Assembly (NCBI RefSeq): GCF_964194155.1
Contig: NC_135906.1
Coordinates: forward strand, 14,446,001 to 14,510,000
Length of the DNA stretch: 64,000 nucleotides
From: Cetorhinus maximus
Lineage: Eukaryota
Direction of reading: 5' to 3'
Shown: piece after piece, positions 1 to 12,929 of the stretch
Layout of the letters: each line of letters starts with the position of its first letter
Numbering within the stretch: the stretch's first letter is position 1
Position numbers and translations under genes: made by a program
Notes under the pieces: model-generated
What the model saw: the letters and a program-made list of their open reading frames with translations, nothing else
Told to the model about the DNA's origin: nothing
The model's database searches: none

Positions 1-890
1 ATTTGAAGATAAGAACAAGAGTTTTAACATTTAAGCAAGGCTTAATCGGGAGCCAATGTAGGTCAGCCACCATAGGGGTGATGGGTAATCAGGACTTAGT
101 TTTGCAAGACCTTAAGTTTATGGAGAGTAGAATGTGGGAGGGCAGCCAAGGCTGTACTGGACCCCTAGAGGTAACATGCACATTGATATGTTTCCAGTGA
201 AACAGATGCAATGCAAAACTAGCAAGTCTCAAAGTACCAACTACTAGCAGGCTAAGTATTTGTCCTATGTATAGACACATTTTTGAAGATGCTCTTCCAC
301 AATGACACTTCCAGTTGGTTTCTGCATTCTTTATCCATGTCTTTAAGTGATTTGAGCAATTTATAAAGTTCTACCACACAAGGGTTTCAGCCATAGATGC
401 GCTGAAGCAAGGGTGGATTTGAGCAATGTTAACAAAGGTGGAAATAGTAGTGGTGCTGATATGTGGTCAGAAGCACATATAAGGGTCAAATATGACACCA
501 GAATTGTAAACAGTCTGGTTCAGCCTCAGACAGTTCCCAGGGAAATGGATGGAGTCAGTAGCTAACAAATGAAGTTTGTGTTGGGAATAGAAGACAATGC
601 CTTTCACCTTCCCAATATTTATTCACAGGAAATTTCTGCTCATCAGAATTGATGGCAGACACGTAGTCTTACAATTGAAAATATATGTTGAGTGGCTGAG
701 ATGAGGTGGTTGGAATGAGAAGACAAAACCCGCATAATTAGTTGGGCCAAATGGCCTGTTTCTGTGTTGTACATTCTAAATTGTATTGAACTACATAGAA
801 ACAGAGGAGTGGTCAAGAGAATTGGTTGTGAGACAGATAGATGTGGAATCTGACACTGATGTCACAAAGGTTAGGATGTGGATGAGAAAT
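1..890 (-). mobile_element. Degenerate L2-type LINE fragments, interrupted
   Basis: reverse complement of 48-67 encodes ADLHWLP, an L2 ORF2 C-terminal motif; interrupted by a templated insertion and a CR1-type tail. Confidence 0.55.
178..347 (+). repeat. Near-identical direct copy of 1719-1889
   Basis: 170 bp alignable by eye with about 4 differences. Confidence 0.9.
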
Positions 891-1168
891 AGTCAGGCTC
901 CAGGCTCCATCCATGATCTATGCTTAATTGGTTGATCTCAACTAAGCTACCAGTTGAAATACAGCTCCTTATGCTGACAGGGAAACAGAAACCATTGTTC
1001 CTATTCACTATCTGCTGACTACAGCTGGAAAATGAACAGTGAATGTTGGAGCAGGATTAACAAGGTCCTCACAGTTGAAGAGCTTACCTAAATTCATGGT
1101 CTAGGCTTGCGCATGAAAAATTACAGATGGGATAAGGAGGAAGGTGCAACAAATTTAAACACGGTTAC

Positions 1169-1292
1169 CTGCTTCACTATCTGAAAAATCCGACTGGTCC
1201 ATTCTTCCTATTTTGCAATCTGATTCATCGTTGCTTGCAGTTGAAAGCTGCCTCTTCCTTCCAAATCCCATCTCTCTGCCTCTTCCTCTCCT
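1169..1292 (-). CDS. AKAP8: AKAP8-like gene A, coding exon 5 (basic NLS-like region); gene continues beyond the left edge
   Basis: taacag acceptor and gtaacc donor; 124 nt, phase 0 to 1; RRGRGREMGFGRKRQLSTASNDESDCKIGRMDQSDFSDSEA resembles AKAP8 GRKRKQ...DSEGDFSEND. Confidence 0.85.
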
Positions 1293-2227
1293 CTGTTAAA
1301 AATATACCACAGTATTAGTCAACAGCTTAACTTTGACTGGATATCGTTAACCAAGAGATCATGTTCCTCAGGTTCTGATGTGTGGTAGAACTTTATAAAT
1401 TGCTCAAATCACTTTTTTGGAATCAAAGTCCTGCCTGGATTCAGATCCAGTTCTAGCAGGTGTTAAAATCCAGGAACAAATCTCATTCTGCCACTTCAGT
1501 ACAGACCATTATTTCAGTTTCATTGTTTTAAGCACGTTTAATCAAACTGAAGCTTCCGTCTTCAAAACCAGAAAGTAACTTTGGTGCCCAGTGGTTTGTA
1601 AGAACTGCTGACCAAGCGCACACCATTACACTTTCACTGAAACGTACAAGCCTACTAGGAATCATTAGCATAGCCACAGTTGTAACAATGAATGTTAAAC
1701 CTCCCAAATTCCAGGCACGCACATTGATATGTTTCCAGTGAAACAGATGCAATGCAAAACTAGCAAGTCTCAAAGTACCAACTACTAGCATGCTAAGTAT
1801 TTGTCCTATGTATAGACACATTTGTGAAGATGCTCTTCCACAATGACACTTCCAGTTGGTTTTTGCATTCTTTATCCATGTCCTTTAAGCATTCATCCAA
1901 TGAAAGGCCCAAGTACATTTCAAGTTTCTCCCTCAAATGCACATTGCACCTACAGCACTCCAGCAATCCACAGCAACTCTTTTTGCATATTCTGATCCAT
2001 TCCATATATTTGACCATTCCTATTGTTTTTAATCTTATCTTGCTATTGTTTTTAATTTTAATTTTACACTTGACTTCTTTTTTTTAAACATTCATGGTTG
2101 AGAAAGGGCAATTTAAGTGACTGCACAAGACTTGTGGAATATGGGTTCGTTGAGCTGGTTACTGAAATTCACACAGCTGAATACTTAAGTCTACGACCTT
2201 ATAAAACGGGAAAAGTTTTCTACTCAC

Positions 2228-2699
2228 AATTCTGAATCGATTCCGCTCTCTCCTTCGCTGTCTGCCAGCTCCAAACTGTTTTCCTACTCCCTGCACGCCG
2301 AACATCCCAAAACCGGAGGTTAAGGCCTGGGAGAAGAGCGAAGGGAGGTTCCTGGAGGGGGGAACATAGCCCCTGCCTCCATATCCCATCGACAGCTCAT
2401 TCCACTGTGCAGACAGTCGCTCAGAACTTGAAGACGATGAGAACGGGTCATTCCGGAAAGGTCTGTTATTTGGAGGCCTGTCTCTAGACCAGTTCTGACC
2501 CCACTGCTTGCCGGAGCCGTCACGTGCTCTGTTGCGGAACTGATCCCTGCGGTTCCTGGCGGAGCTGTCGAAGCGGTCAAAGCGACCTCCATAGGAATCA
2601 TTACGATTAGGTCCAGATTCACTGTAATCAAAGCCGGATCTGAACAGATCACGGTCATCCAGTGAAGACCTGGAGTCGTAGGACTCGAAAGGTACAAAC
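2228..2699 (-). CDS. AKAP8: AKAP8-like gene A, coding exon 4
   Basis: tttcag acceptor and gtgagt donor; 472 nt, phase 2 to 0; RFVPFESYDSR...DPFSSSSSSERLSAQWNELS...LPSLFSQ...GMFGVQG matches AKAP8 RFQPFESYDSR...SEPLSTPWNEL...PSLFSQ. Confidence 0.9.
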
Positions 2700-4943
2700 C
2701 TGAAAGAGTCGCACAGCAAGCAAGGAATCTGGTCAGTAGCTGGAAAATACCAAGAAACAGTCTGCTGAACAGTCAGAACAGACTGAAATTTAAACAGCAG
2801 AGTTTCAACCAAGCTAGGTGTTTTTTTTAACATTTTCTACAGTGTTTTGTAAATCAGCAGACTCTGGTAATGAATAATTTGCCAGTAATAATAACTGATC
2901 TGTTACCAATTTAAGAGCCTCATTCTTGATTTGATAGCCTACACTTTTCCCAAAGCTAGCACCTGTTAATAATCTGTAACCAATATATAAATGCACTGAG
3001 CTTGTAGATTATTCACAGTGCCTGAGCAATGTGAAAACTAAACATGGTCAATACGTGGATGGAAAACAGATTGCATTTTTTTTCCACATTAGTCCATAGT
3101 GCTATGTTTATTGCCAAGCCGAGAGTGCTATTATACAACTACAGTTAACAAATTCCACTTGTACAGTAGCAGGCACGCATGAACAGGGTTTGATAATGTT
3201 CTCAGTGTTTTATAACTCCTTTCAAACTTATGCTCCTCTCAATGTCACCTGCTAACCTACAGCCAGCAAGACATTTCAATAAGAAATTCAGTACTGGCAT
3301 TTTATTTTTTAAACGTATGCATATTTCAGCACAATAGATCCAGAACTTTTTCTCACAGTTACTGATAAGTAGACAGCAATTCAACTCAGTTGTTCAAATT
3401 ATCAAATCTCTCATAGGTCTGATTCCAACATGAGGACAAAGCAACCCATGTAAACAATACACAAAAGTAATCCAAATGCTTTAAATCCTGGGAGGGTTAA
3501 CAAAACCAATCCCACCAATTCAGTAAATCAGTTACATACATTTGCAGCAGCAAATATACAAATTTCATGGGTTTAGAAAAGGAAGAACTTTCCAGCCTGA
3601 ATGTTTGCCAACAACAAACCTGAGAATATGCTTTACACTAAATATACCACAGAAAATTTCAAATTTAGACTCCAACAAAATAATCAGTACTCAGCAACTT
3701 TAAGCACTAAACATGTGCAAAACATGTGCAATTTAGTTAGGAAACTAAACTGAGATCCCTGTAGTGTAGTAATTCCAGTTAACTGTCTAAAATGTGTACA
3801 GCTGTTGAGATCATAAAGCATCTATTGACAAATCCACACCCAACAATCTGCCATTCCCAAACATTGGCTGGCACGACCCAACAACTAATATTCATGATCT
3901 AAAGCCCGAGATGAAATATGTTCTCACTACCTAACATCCTCAATTCAACAAGCGAGTAACATGCATAAAATCAAAGCAGTTCCAGTATAAGTGCAACCTG
4001 CTTGATGCAGTATCTTCTCTTCTCCAGCCCCCTACATTTCTAACAGCAAAGTTCCACTGGCACTGGTGCCCACCATTACTTCACCCACGGTAATTAACAA
4101 GGCAACTTGCTTGTAAGCTTCAGCAAACTCTTTAATGAAAAGATCATCATGCCAAACTGGATTCTCATTGGTATTTACATATATATCTATATTGTTACTT
4201 TGATATTATGATCACCAGAAATGTGTATCAAGCTACATTACACCTTCCAAAGATCAGGAGTCAATGGTGAATCATAGATGGGTTGCTATGTTGCTGCTCC
4301 AACTGAGGGAAGCAATTCAGACCAGGGACACTCTCCGAGTCAGCATGGCTCAGTTCATAGCACACGGTGCACTTATCAACAAAGCCACTGGGTCTATGAG
4401 TAAACTGTCACTCTATTGCTATTCTGCCATTTCCCCAAAAATGAAACAGCAATATTACTTTATGATAAACCCAAAATTATTCATATCTAATCAGCACAAA
4501 GCTCGTTAAACGCGTTTGAACAATGATGGTGGTGCTCTTTGCCTTTGCCATAACAAAAACACCCTCCTTACCCAAGTGCAGTTGAGAAAATACTTTTCTA
4601 GAACCAAATCACAAATTACTGCCCTCCCAATCAAAGCTATCAACTTGATCAAGTTAGGCCATGGCAGAAACAAGGCCATTCTATCTCCATCACCAGCACC
4701 TCCATTTGGTGGCAATTACTGAACTAATTAAATAGTTAGCTGGGCAAGTTGAAGATAAATAAAACATCATGTCCACAACAGAAAGCCAAGAGACAAAACA
4801 TACCGACTCAGTGAATAAACAATTTTAATACTAATTCAAAGTCTAATCTAAATAGCTCAAAGTATCCAAAGAGCACAGAGCTCCAACTTAGTCTCCTGAC
4901 TCGCACACAGCAGTTCAGCTGCTTTTGAAGCCCTGATAGATAC

Positions 4944-5106
4944 CTTTCCTGATCATCACTTTCGTTGCGAGAAAGGAGATCTAACCGTTGGTTAATTTTA
5001 GCGACAATGGATTCAGAAGTCTGGTTGCCTTTCTGCGAGTCCCAGGATTTGCCACCGTAACCATAATTTGATCCAGAACCTTGTCCATAACTATAGTCAT
5101 CATAAC
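4944..5106 (-). CDS. AKAP8: AKAP8-like gene A, coding exon 3
   Basis: cctcag acceptor and gtatct donor; 163 nt, phase 1 to 2; GYDDYSYGQG...SWD...SESIVAKINQRLDLLS carries the AKAP95-family KINQRLD motif. Confidence 0.9.
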
Positions 5107-5583
5107 CTGAGGATACAAATAAACATGAACGTCAGTGTTCTTCGTGAATCAACCATGTATATGAGTTCTTATGTCACCATTAGGAATGGCTATTACACAC
5201 GATAGAGAAACAGATCAGGTTAGAGGAAGAGGGTTACCAGGTGGTGATATATCAATTTTTAAAAAAATCAGCTATCTAATGCCAAGTGAATAACAGCTAA
5301 ACATACAAGATTATCATAGGTATGAAGAGCATACAAATAATCTTGGTATAGGGAGTGAAAAGACAAGAAAATTTTTGTGTGACCTAGGAACTAAGGTTTT
5401 CTCCCATAATTTCAGATAAATCAATATATAAACTTTTTAAAAGAATAAACCTCAAATAATTTAGATAAACCACTCAATAATAATTTTTTTTGGCTTTAAT
5501 ACTGCAACAGTGCTTCTTTCTGGAAGCAAAACGGGCACTGCAATGACTGCAACAACACTTCAGGAATATTCTGAGTCCAGCAA

Positions 5584-6492
5584 ATGGATTACATTGGTAG
5601 GGTGGTAAATAGTGAGGAGGATAGCCTTAGGTTACAGGAGGATATAGACGGGCTGATCAGATGGGCTGATCAGTGGCAAATGGAATTTAATCCGGATAAG
5701 TGTGAGGTGATGCACTTGGGCAGGACAAACAAGGCACGGGAATACACGATGAATGGTAGGGCCCTGGGAAGCACTGAGGATCAGAGGGACCTTGGTGTGC
5801 ATGTCCACCGGTCCCTTAACGTAGCGGGACAGGTAGATAATGTGGTTAAGAAGGCAAATAGGATACTTGCCTTTATTAGCCGAGGCATAGAGTATAAGAG
5901 CAGGGAGGTTATGCTGGAACTGTATAAAACACTGGTTAGGCCACAGCTAGAGTATTGCGTGCAGTTCTGGAATCCACATTAAAGGGAGGATGTGATTGCA
6001 CTAGAGAGGGTGCAGAGGAGATTTACCAGGATGTTGCCTGGGCTGGAGAGTTTTAGTTATGAGAAGAGATTGAATGGACTGGGGTTATTTTCCCTGGAGC
6101 AGAGGAGATTGAGGGGTTACAAGATGGAGGTGTATAAAATTATGAGGGGCATAAATAGGGTAGACAGGAAGGAACCTTTCCCCTTGGTGGAGGGATCAAT
6201 AACCAGGGGGCATGAATTTAAGGTAAGGGGCAGGAGGTTTAGAGGGGATGTGAGGAAGAATTTTTTCACCCAGAGGGTGGTGAGAATCTGGAACTCACTG
6301 CCTGAAAGGGTGGTAGAAACCCTCATAAGATTTAAGAAGTAATTGGATGTGCACTTGCGATGCCATGGCATACAAGGCTATGGGCCTAGTGCTGGAAAAT
6401 GGGATTAGAATAGTTAGGTACTTGTTTCACCGACGCAGACGCGATGGGCCGAAGGGCCTTTTTCTGTGCTACAGACCTCTATGACTCTATAC
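5584..6492 (+). mobile_element. CR1-type LINE, 3' portion
   Basis: LQEDIDGL...WQMEFNPDKC...RPQLEYCVQFW...FFTQRVV..WNSLP, then 3' tail ending ctctatgactctat. Confidence 0.9.
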
Positions 6493-6888
6493 ATGTTCTC
6501 ATCTCTCTACCTTCTACTCATAAGCCAGCATCTCGGATCTGCTCAATCTGAGGTTTTGACCTCTTCTCCGCTTGGTAACTTCCTATACCCTTGCAGGCTG
6601 AGAAATGTGCACACTACCATCCCATTGAGCAGTTCAGCAATGTCATGTGAAGAATCACTGGCAAGTTCCACAATGAACAAAAAAGGATAGAGAACAAGGA
6701 CAGAGCAACTGCAGAGGACGGCAATTATTGGGAGGCTTTGTATTCTAGAACCTACTGGGCCTTTGGGTGTAGCCATCAGGTTTACAATCACTCCATGTTG
6801 ACTGAGAGTTAAACCAAGTTCCAAGGCTTGGAGTGAAAGTAGCCAAATCACCCCTACCACCCTCAACCACCTCTGATAGAATTTTTAC

Positions 6889-6927
6889 CTTCGCCAGGAG
6901 ATTCTGCATTCCAATTTCCATACGAGC
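6889..6927 (-). CDS. AKAP8: AKAP8-like gene A, coding exon 2 (39 nt)
   Basis: ttacag acceptor and gtaaaa donor; phase 1 to 1; GSYGNWNAESPGE, comparable to AKAP8 GYGAWSAGPANTQ. Confidence 0.75.
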
Positions 6928-7061
6928 CTGTAAAATAAAAGACTGTTTGTTATTACAATGTCCTAATTTGAAAATATATTTCAATAAAAGGCTAACAGTA
7001 CATACTTGATTCTGAAACAGAATGTTGCACAGGATGTCACAATAATCTGTGAAAGTTGGCC

Positions 7062-7475
7062 ACTGAGCCAAAGCTCACAAATAGTACTCTCATCTGAGTC
7101 AGGTGGTTTGTGGGTTCAAGCTTCAGTCCAGACACTTGAGCACGTAATCTAGGCTGACGTTAGTGCCATATCGAGGGAGTGCTGAACTGTTAGAGGCACC
7201 ATCTCATGTGGACTTAAATAATTCAATGGCACTATTTAAAAGAGTTGAGGTGTTGACCCTCCTCCCTCCCCCACACTCCCCCCGCCAGTCTCCTGGCCGA
7301 TATTAATTGCTTAGCCAACATCAGCTTAAAAAAAACTCATTGCTGTTTGCAGAGTTTGCTGTGCACAAATTGGCTGCCACCTTTCTTACATTATAACAGT
7401 GACTACACATCAAAAGTACATAATTGGCTGAAATGTGCTTTGGGACATTGAAATTGTGAAAAATACAAGTTCATC
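7062..7475 (+). mobile_element. Deu-domain SINE (SacSINE1/AmnSINE-like)
   Basis: ttgagcacgtaatctaggctgac...gagggagtgctg core and aaattggctgcc...acagtgactacac tail. Confidence 0.65.
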
Positions 7476-7611
7476 ACTCTTGCTTTGAAAGCCCCAACTT
7501 ATTTTTGTGAATGTAAGTTGGCAATTGCTGACAACTATGCAAAAATGAAGAGCTCTTTGTCTCTGCATAGTCAATCCAAACACAGAATATCAGATGAATT
7601 AGAATCTATTT

Positions 7612-8660
7612 TCAGAATTACAGAATCTTTACAGTGCAGGAGGCAGCCATTCGGCCCATCAAGTCTACACTGGCTCTCTGAAAAAGCATTCCACCTAGTC
7701 CCACTTCCCTGCTTTACCCCCGTAACCTTGCACATTACTTCTTTTCAGCTAACAATCCCATTCCCGTTTGAATATCTCAATTGAACCTGCCTCCACCACC
7801 CTTTCAGGAAATTCGTTCCAGACTCCAACCACTCTCTGGATGAAGAAATTTTTCCTCAAATCACATTTACTCCTTTTGACAATTATTTTGAATCTGTGCC
7901 CTCTAGTTCTTGGTACTCTCTTCAGTGAGAACACTTTCTCACTATTTACCCTGTCCGTACCCCTGAGGATCTTGAATATCTCTATCAGGTCTCCTCTCAG
8001 CCTTCTTTTCTCCAAGGAAGATAGTCCCAACTTCTCCAATCTATCCTCATAGCTACAGTTCTTCATCCTGGGAATCATTCTTGTGAATATCCTCTGTTCT
8101 TTCTCCAATGCCTTCACATCCTTCCTCAAGTATGGCACCCTGAACTGGACACATTACTCCAGGTGAGGCCTAACTAGTGTCTTATACAAGTTTAATCTGA
8201 GCTCCTTAACTCTTGTACTCAATGCCTCTGTTAATAAAGCCTAAGATACAATATGCTTTATTAACTGCTCTCTCAACATGCCCTGCCATCTTCAATGACT
8301 TATGTACATATGCGCCGAGGTCCCTCTGTTCCTGCACCTACTTTAGTCTCTTTATTTTATACTGTCTCACCATATTCTTTCTGTCAAAATGTATCACCTC
8401 ACACTTTTCTGCATTGAACTTTATCTGCCACCTGTCTTCCCAATCCACCAACTTGTCTATGTCCTTTTGAAGTTCGACTATCTTCATCACAGTTGACACA
8501 TTTCCATTCTTCGTATCATCCTCAAATTTTGAAACCATGCCCTGCACACCACAGCCTAGGTCATTAAAATACATCAGGAAGAGCAAGGACCCAACACTGA
8601 CCCCTGGGGAACTCCACTACAAACCTTCCTGCAATCTGAAAAACCACCATTTTTCACTTC
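7612..8660 (-). mobile_element. CR1-type LINE, 3' portion
   Basis: KFEDDTK, WQIKFNAEKC, LEKRRLRGDLIE, FFIQRVV motifs in broken ORFs. Confidence 0.9.
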
Positions 8661-8794
8661 TCTTTGGCAATGATCCTCCATTTTTAAACTATACTCCTGG
8701 AGACTAGGGAGTTGTCTGTTTAACAGAATTCAAGAGGGTCCACAATGCTAGTGTTTGTTTCATTCGAATTTCTTCAATATGTTCACATCTTTAA

Positions 8795-11700
8795 AAATTT
8801 ATTCTTGGGATGTGGGTGTTGCTGACTAGGTAGCACTTATTGCCCATCCCTAATTGCCCTGGAGGTGGTGGTGAGCTGCCTTCTTGAGCACTGCAGTCCA
8901 TGTGGTGTTACACCCACAGTGCTGTTAGGGAGGGAATTCCAGGATTTTGAACCAGCGACAGTGAAGGAACGGCGATATATTTCCAAGTCAGGATGGTGAG
9001 TGACTTAGGAGGGGAACTTCCATGTAGTGGTGTTCCCAGGCATCTGTGGCCCTTGTCCTTCTAGATGGTAGCGGTCGTGGATTTGGAAGATGCTGTCTAA
9101 GGAGGCTTGGCGAGTTCCTGCAGTGCATCTTGTAGATGGTACACAGTGCTGCGACTGTGCGTCAGTCAGGGAGGAAGTGAATGTTTGTGGATGGGGTGCT
9201 CTGTCATAGATGGTGTCAAGCTTCTTGAGTGTTGTGGGAGCTGCACTCATCCGGGCAATGGAGGGTATTCCATCACACTCCTGACTTGTGCCTTGTAGAT
9301 GGTGGACACACATTGGGGAGTCAGCAGGTGAGTTACTCGCCGCAGGATTCTTAGCTTCTGACCTGCTCTTGTAGCCACAGTATTTATATGGCTAGTCCAG
9401 TTCAGTTTCTGGTCAATGGTAATCCTCAGGATGTCGATAATGGGGGCTTCAGCAATGGTAATGCTGTTGAATGTCATGGGGTGATGGTTAGATTCTCTTT
9501 TGTTGGAGATGGTCATTGCCTGGCACTTGTGTGACGTGAATGTTACTTGCCACTTGACAGCCCAAGCCTGGATATTGTCTAGCTCTTGCTGCATTTGGAC
9601 ACGGACTGCTTCAATATCCGAGGAGTTGCAAACGGTGCTGAATATTGTGCAAACATCAGTGAACATCTGACTTTATGATGGAAGGAATGTCATTGATGAA
9701 GCAGCTGAAGATGTTTGGGCTAGGGCACTACCCTGAGGACCTCCTGCAGTAATGTCCTGGAACTGAGATGATTGACCACCAACAACCATCTTCCTCTGTG
9801 CTAGGTATGACTCCAACCAGCGGAGTGTTTTCCCCCGATTCCCATTGACTCCAGTTTTGCTAGGGCTCCTTGATGCCACACTCGGTCAAATGCTGCCTTG
9901 ATGTCAAGGGCAGTCACTCTCACCTCACCTCTGGAGTTCAGCTCTTTGGTCCATCTGTGAACCAAGGCTGTAATTAGGTCAGGAGCTGAGTGATCCTGAC
10001 GGAACCCAAGCTGAGCATCAGTGATCCAGTTATTGCTAAGCAAGTGCCGCTTGATAGCACTGTTGATGACACCTTCATCACTTCACTGATGATCGTGTAT
10101 AGACTGATGGGGAGGTAATTGGCTGGGTTGGATTTGTCCTGCTTTTGCATACCTATGAACATATGAATAAGGAGCAGGAGACCATTCAGCCCCTCGAGCC
10201 TGCTCCGCCATTTAATAAGATCATGGCTGATCTGATAGTAATTTCAAATCTGCATCCCGCCTAGTCCCAATAACCTACCACCCCCTTGCGTATCAAGAAT
10301 CCATCCACCTCTGCCTTAAAAATATTAATTGACTCTGCTTCCACCACCTTTTCAATAAGAGAGTTCCAAAGACTCTCAACCCTCAGAGAAAAAAAAAATT
10401 CTCCTCCTCTCTGTTTTAAATGGGCGACTCATTATTTTTAAACAGTGACCCCTAGTTCTAGATTCTCCCACAAAAGGAAACATCATCTCCACATCCACCG
10501 TGTCAAGTCCGCTCAGGATCTTATAACTTTCAATCACATCGCCTTTTACTCTTCTAAACTCCAGCAGATACAAGCCTAGTCTTTCCAACCTTTCCTCATA
10601 AGGCAACCCACCTATTCCAGGTATTTATCTGGTAAACCTTCTCTGAACTGTTTCCAACACATTTACATCCTTCTTTAAATAAGGTGCCCAATACTGTACA
10701 TAGTACTCCAGATGTAGTCTCACTGGTGCTCTGTATAACTGAAGCACAACTTCCTTACTTCTATATTCAATTCTCCTTGCAATAAATGATAACATTCTAT
10801 TATCTCTCCCAATTATTGCTGTACATGCATATTAGCCTTTTGCGATTCATGCACTAAGACACCCACATCCCTCTGCATATCATGGGTCTGCAAACTCTCA
10901 CCATTTATAGGCATAATATGCCTTTCCTCTATTCTTCCTGCCAAAATGGACAATTTCAGATTTCCCACATTATACTCCATTTGCCAGGTCTTTGCCCATT
11001 CACTTAACCTATCTATATCTTTTTGTACCCTCATGTCCTCCTCTCAAATTACTTTCCTACCTATCTCTGTGTCATCAGCAAATTTGACAACCACCTCAAC
11101 CATCCCTTCATCCAAGTCATTTATATAAACCGTAAACAATTGCTATCCCAGCACTGATCCCTGTGGCACACCACTCGTTACATTTTGCCACCCTGAAAAA
11201 GACCCATTTATGCCCACTCTCTGCTTCCTGTTGGCCAGCCAATCTTCTATCCATGCCAATATGTTACCCTCTATACCATGAGCTTTTATTTTCCGCAATA
11301 GCCTTTGATGTGGCACTTTATCAAATGCCTTCTGGAAATCTAAGTATAGTACATCCACCGGTTCCCTTTTATCCACAGCCCGTTGCTTCCTCAAAGAACT
11401 CCAATAAGTTGGTTAAACATGATTTCCCTTTCACAAAACCATGTTGACTCTGCCTGATTACCCTGAACTTTTCCAAGTACCCTACTATAGCTTCTTAATA
11501 ATAGCTCCTAACATTTTCCCTGTGGACAGGACATACCTGGGCAATTTTCCACACAGCCAGGTAGATGCCAGTGTTGTAGCTGTACTGGGACAACTTGGCT
11601 AGGGGCACGGCAAGTTCTGGAGCACAAGTCTTCAGTGCTATTGCCGAAATATTGCGAGGGCCCACAATCATTGCAGTATCAATGGCCTTCTGCCGTTTCT

Positions 11701-11851
11701 TGATATCACGTGGAGTGAATCAAATTGGCTGAGGACTCGCATCTGTGATGCTGGGGACCTCCAGAGGAGGCAGAGTTTGATCATCCACGTCTGGCTGAAG
11801 GCTGTTGCAAATGCTTCAGCCTTATCTTTTGCACTGATGTGCTGGGCTCCC
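8795..11851 (-). mobile_element. 5'-truncated copy of the tRNA-headed LINE family, split by a nested CR1 (pieces about 8795-10152 and 11521-11851)
   Basis: ALDIKAAFDRVWH RT motif; 3' tail shared with 33915-37086; element sequence resumes at 11521 (tgtggacaggacatacctggg). Confidence 0.8.
10153..11520 (-). mobile_element. CR1-type LINE nested in another LINE
   Basis: YLDFQKAFDKVPH and GVPQGSVLG motifs; CR1 tail at 10153-10210. Confidence 0.88.
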
Positions 11852-12236
11852 AGAACATATGCTTCTGTATATAATTTTTGTTTAAATGTACACTTGAAAC
11901 CTTCTTTTAAAAAATAGACAACACAGGAGGAAATTATTTGATTTTAAATAATCTTCTGGAACTCAAAAGTGTTTAAGTGTGCAGATATAAACAAATGAAA
12001 CATAAGGAAAAGGAAATAAATAACATCTTATTATTTTCAGTACAAAAATGGTTTGTTAATTTTCACAGCAATGCCAAGTCATTTTATCACTGCTACATTG
12101 ATACAAGGTTAAGAAAGTAAAGCAGGATCAAGCATTGGGCTATCCTGCTTATGAACTTCTGTAGATGTTCATGCACAGAGTGGAAAAAAGCAGCTGACAT
12201 GTGCAGTGAAAAGAGGGGATCATGTTTGAATTTGGT

Positions 12237-12448
12237 TGGGGGGCACGGAAGGGGCCGGGGTGGGGGGGCACGGAAGGGGCAGGGGCACATGGCACGGAAG
12301 GTGCCGGGGGAGCACAAATAGGCACAGAAGAGGCCAGGGGGGAGGGGGAGGCAGGAGCACTGAAGGGGCCGGTTTCCGGGGGGGTGCATGGAAGGGTCGG
12401 GGGGGGGGGGGGGGGGGGTTGATGGCACAGAAGAGGCCAGGGGCACAT
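12237..12448. repeat. Imperfect G-rich minisatellite (ggcacggaagggg-like unit) with poly-G
   Basis: about 7 variants of ggcac(g/a)gaag(g/a)ggc separated by G runs. Confidence 0.7.
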
Positions 12449-12929
12449 AAGAATTAGGAGTATGTCATTCAGCCCTCAAGCCTGCTCCACCATTAATACG
12501 AACATACGAAATAGAGCAGAAGTAGGCCATTTGGCCCCTCGAGCCTGCTCTGCCACTCCATGAGACCATAGCTGACCACCTACTTCAAAACCATTTTCTG
12601 CATTATCCCCATCTCCCTTGATGTTTTGAATCAGTCTTATGAACATATTGAAGGAATGAGCCTCCACAGTCCTCTGGGGCAGAGAAGTCCAAAGATTCGC
12701 CATCCCCGGAGTGAAGCAATTCCCCCTCATCTCAGTCCTAAATGCCCTGCCCCTTATTCTGAGACCATGTCCCCTGGCTCTTGTCCCCCCCCCCCTCCCC
12801 CCCCCCCCCCTTTCCCCCCTAGCCCCCGCTAAACATCTTTCCTGCCTCTTGCCCTGTAAGAATGCTGCCTGTTTGAATGAGGTCACCCCTCATTCGCGAC
12901 ATGGGAAGGGATGGTGACTGTGGGGTGAA

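Noticed and set aside
2700-2833. N-terminal part of the 224-aa ORF 2159..2833 as a protein start
   Set aside because: Upstream of a canonical acceptor at 2700; exon 3 splices in with matching phase, so this part is intron
5110-6880. Extra small exon equivalent to the short third exon of human AKAP8
   Set aside because: No candidate with convincing splice sites and peptide similarity found; exons 2 and 3 already join in frame, though a missed micro-exon cannot be excluded
12093-12917. Pro- or Gly-rich ORFs
   Set aside because: Arise from G/C homopolymers and CR1 tail fragments
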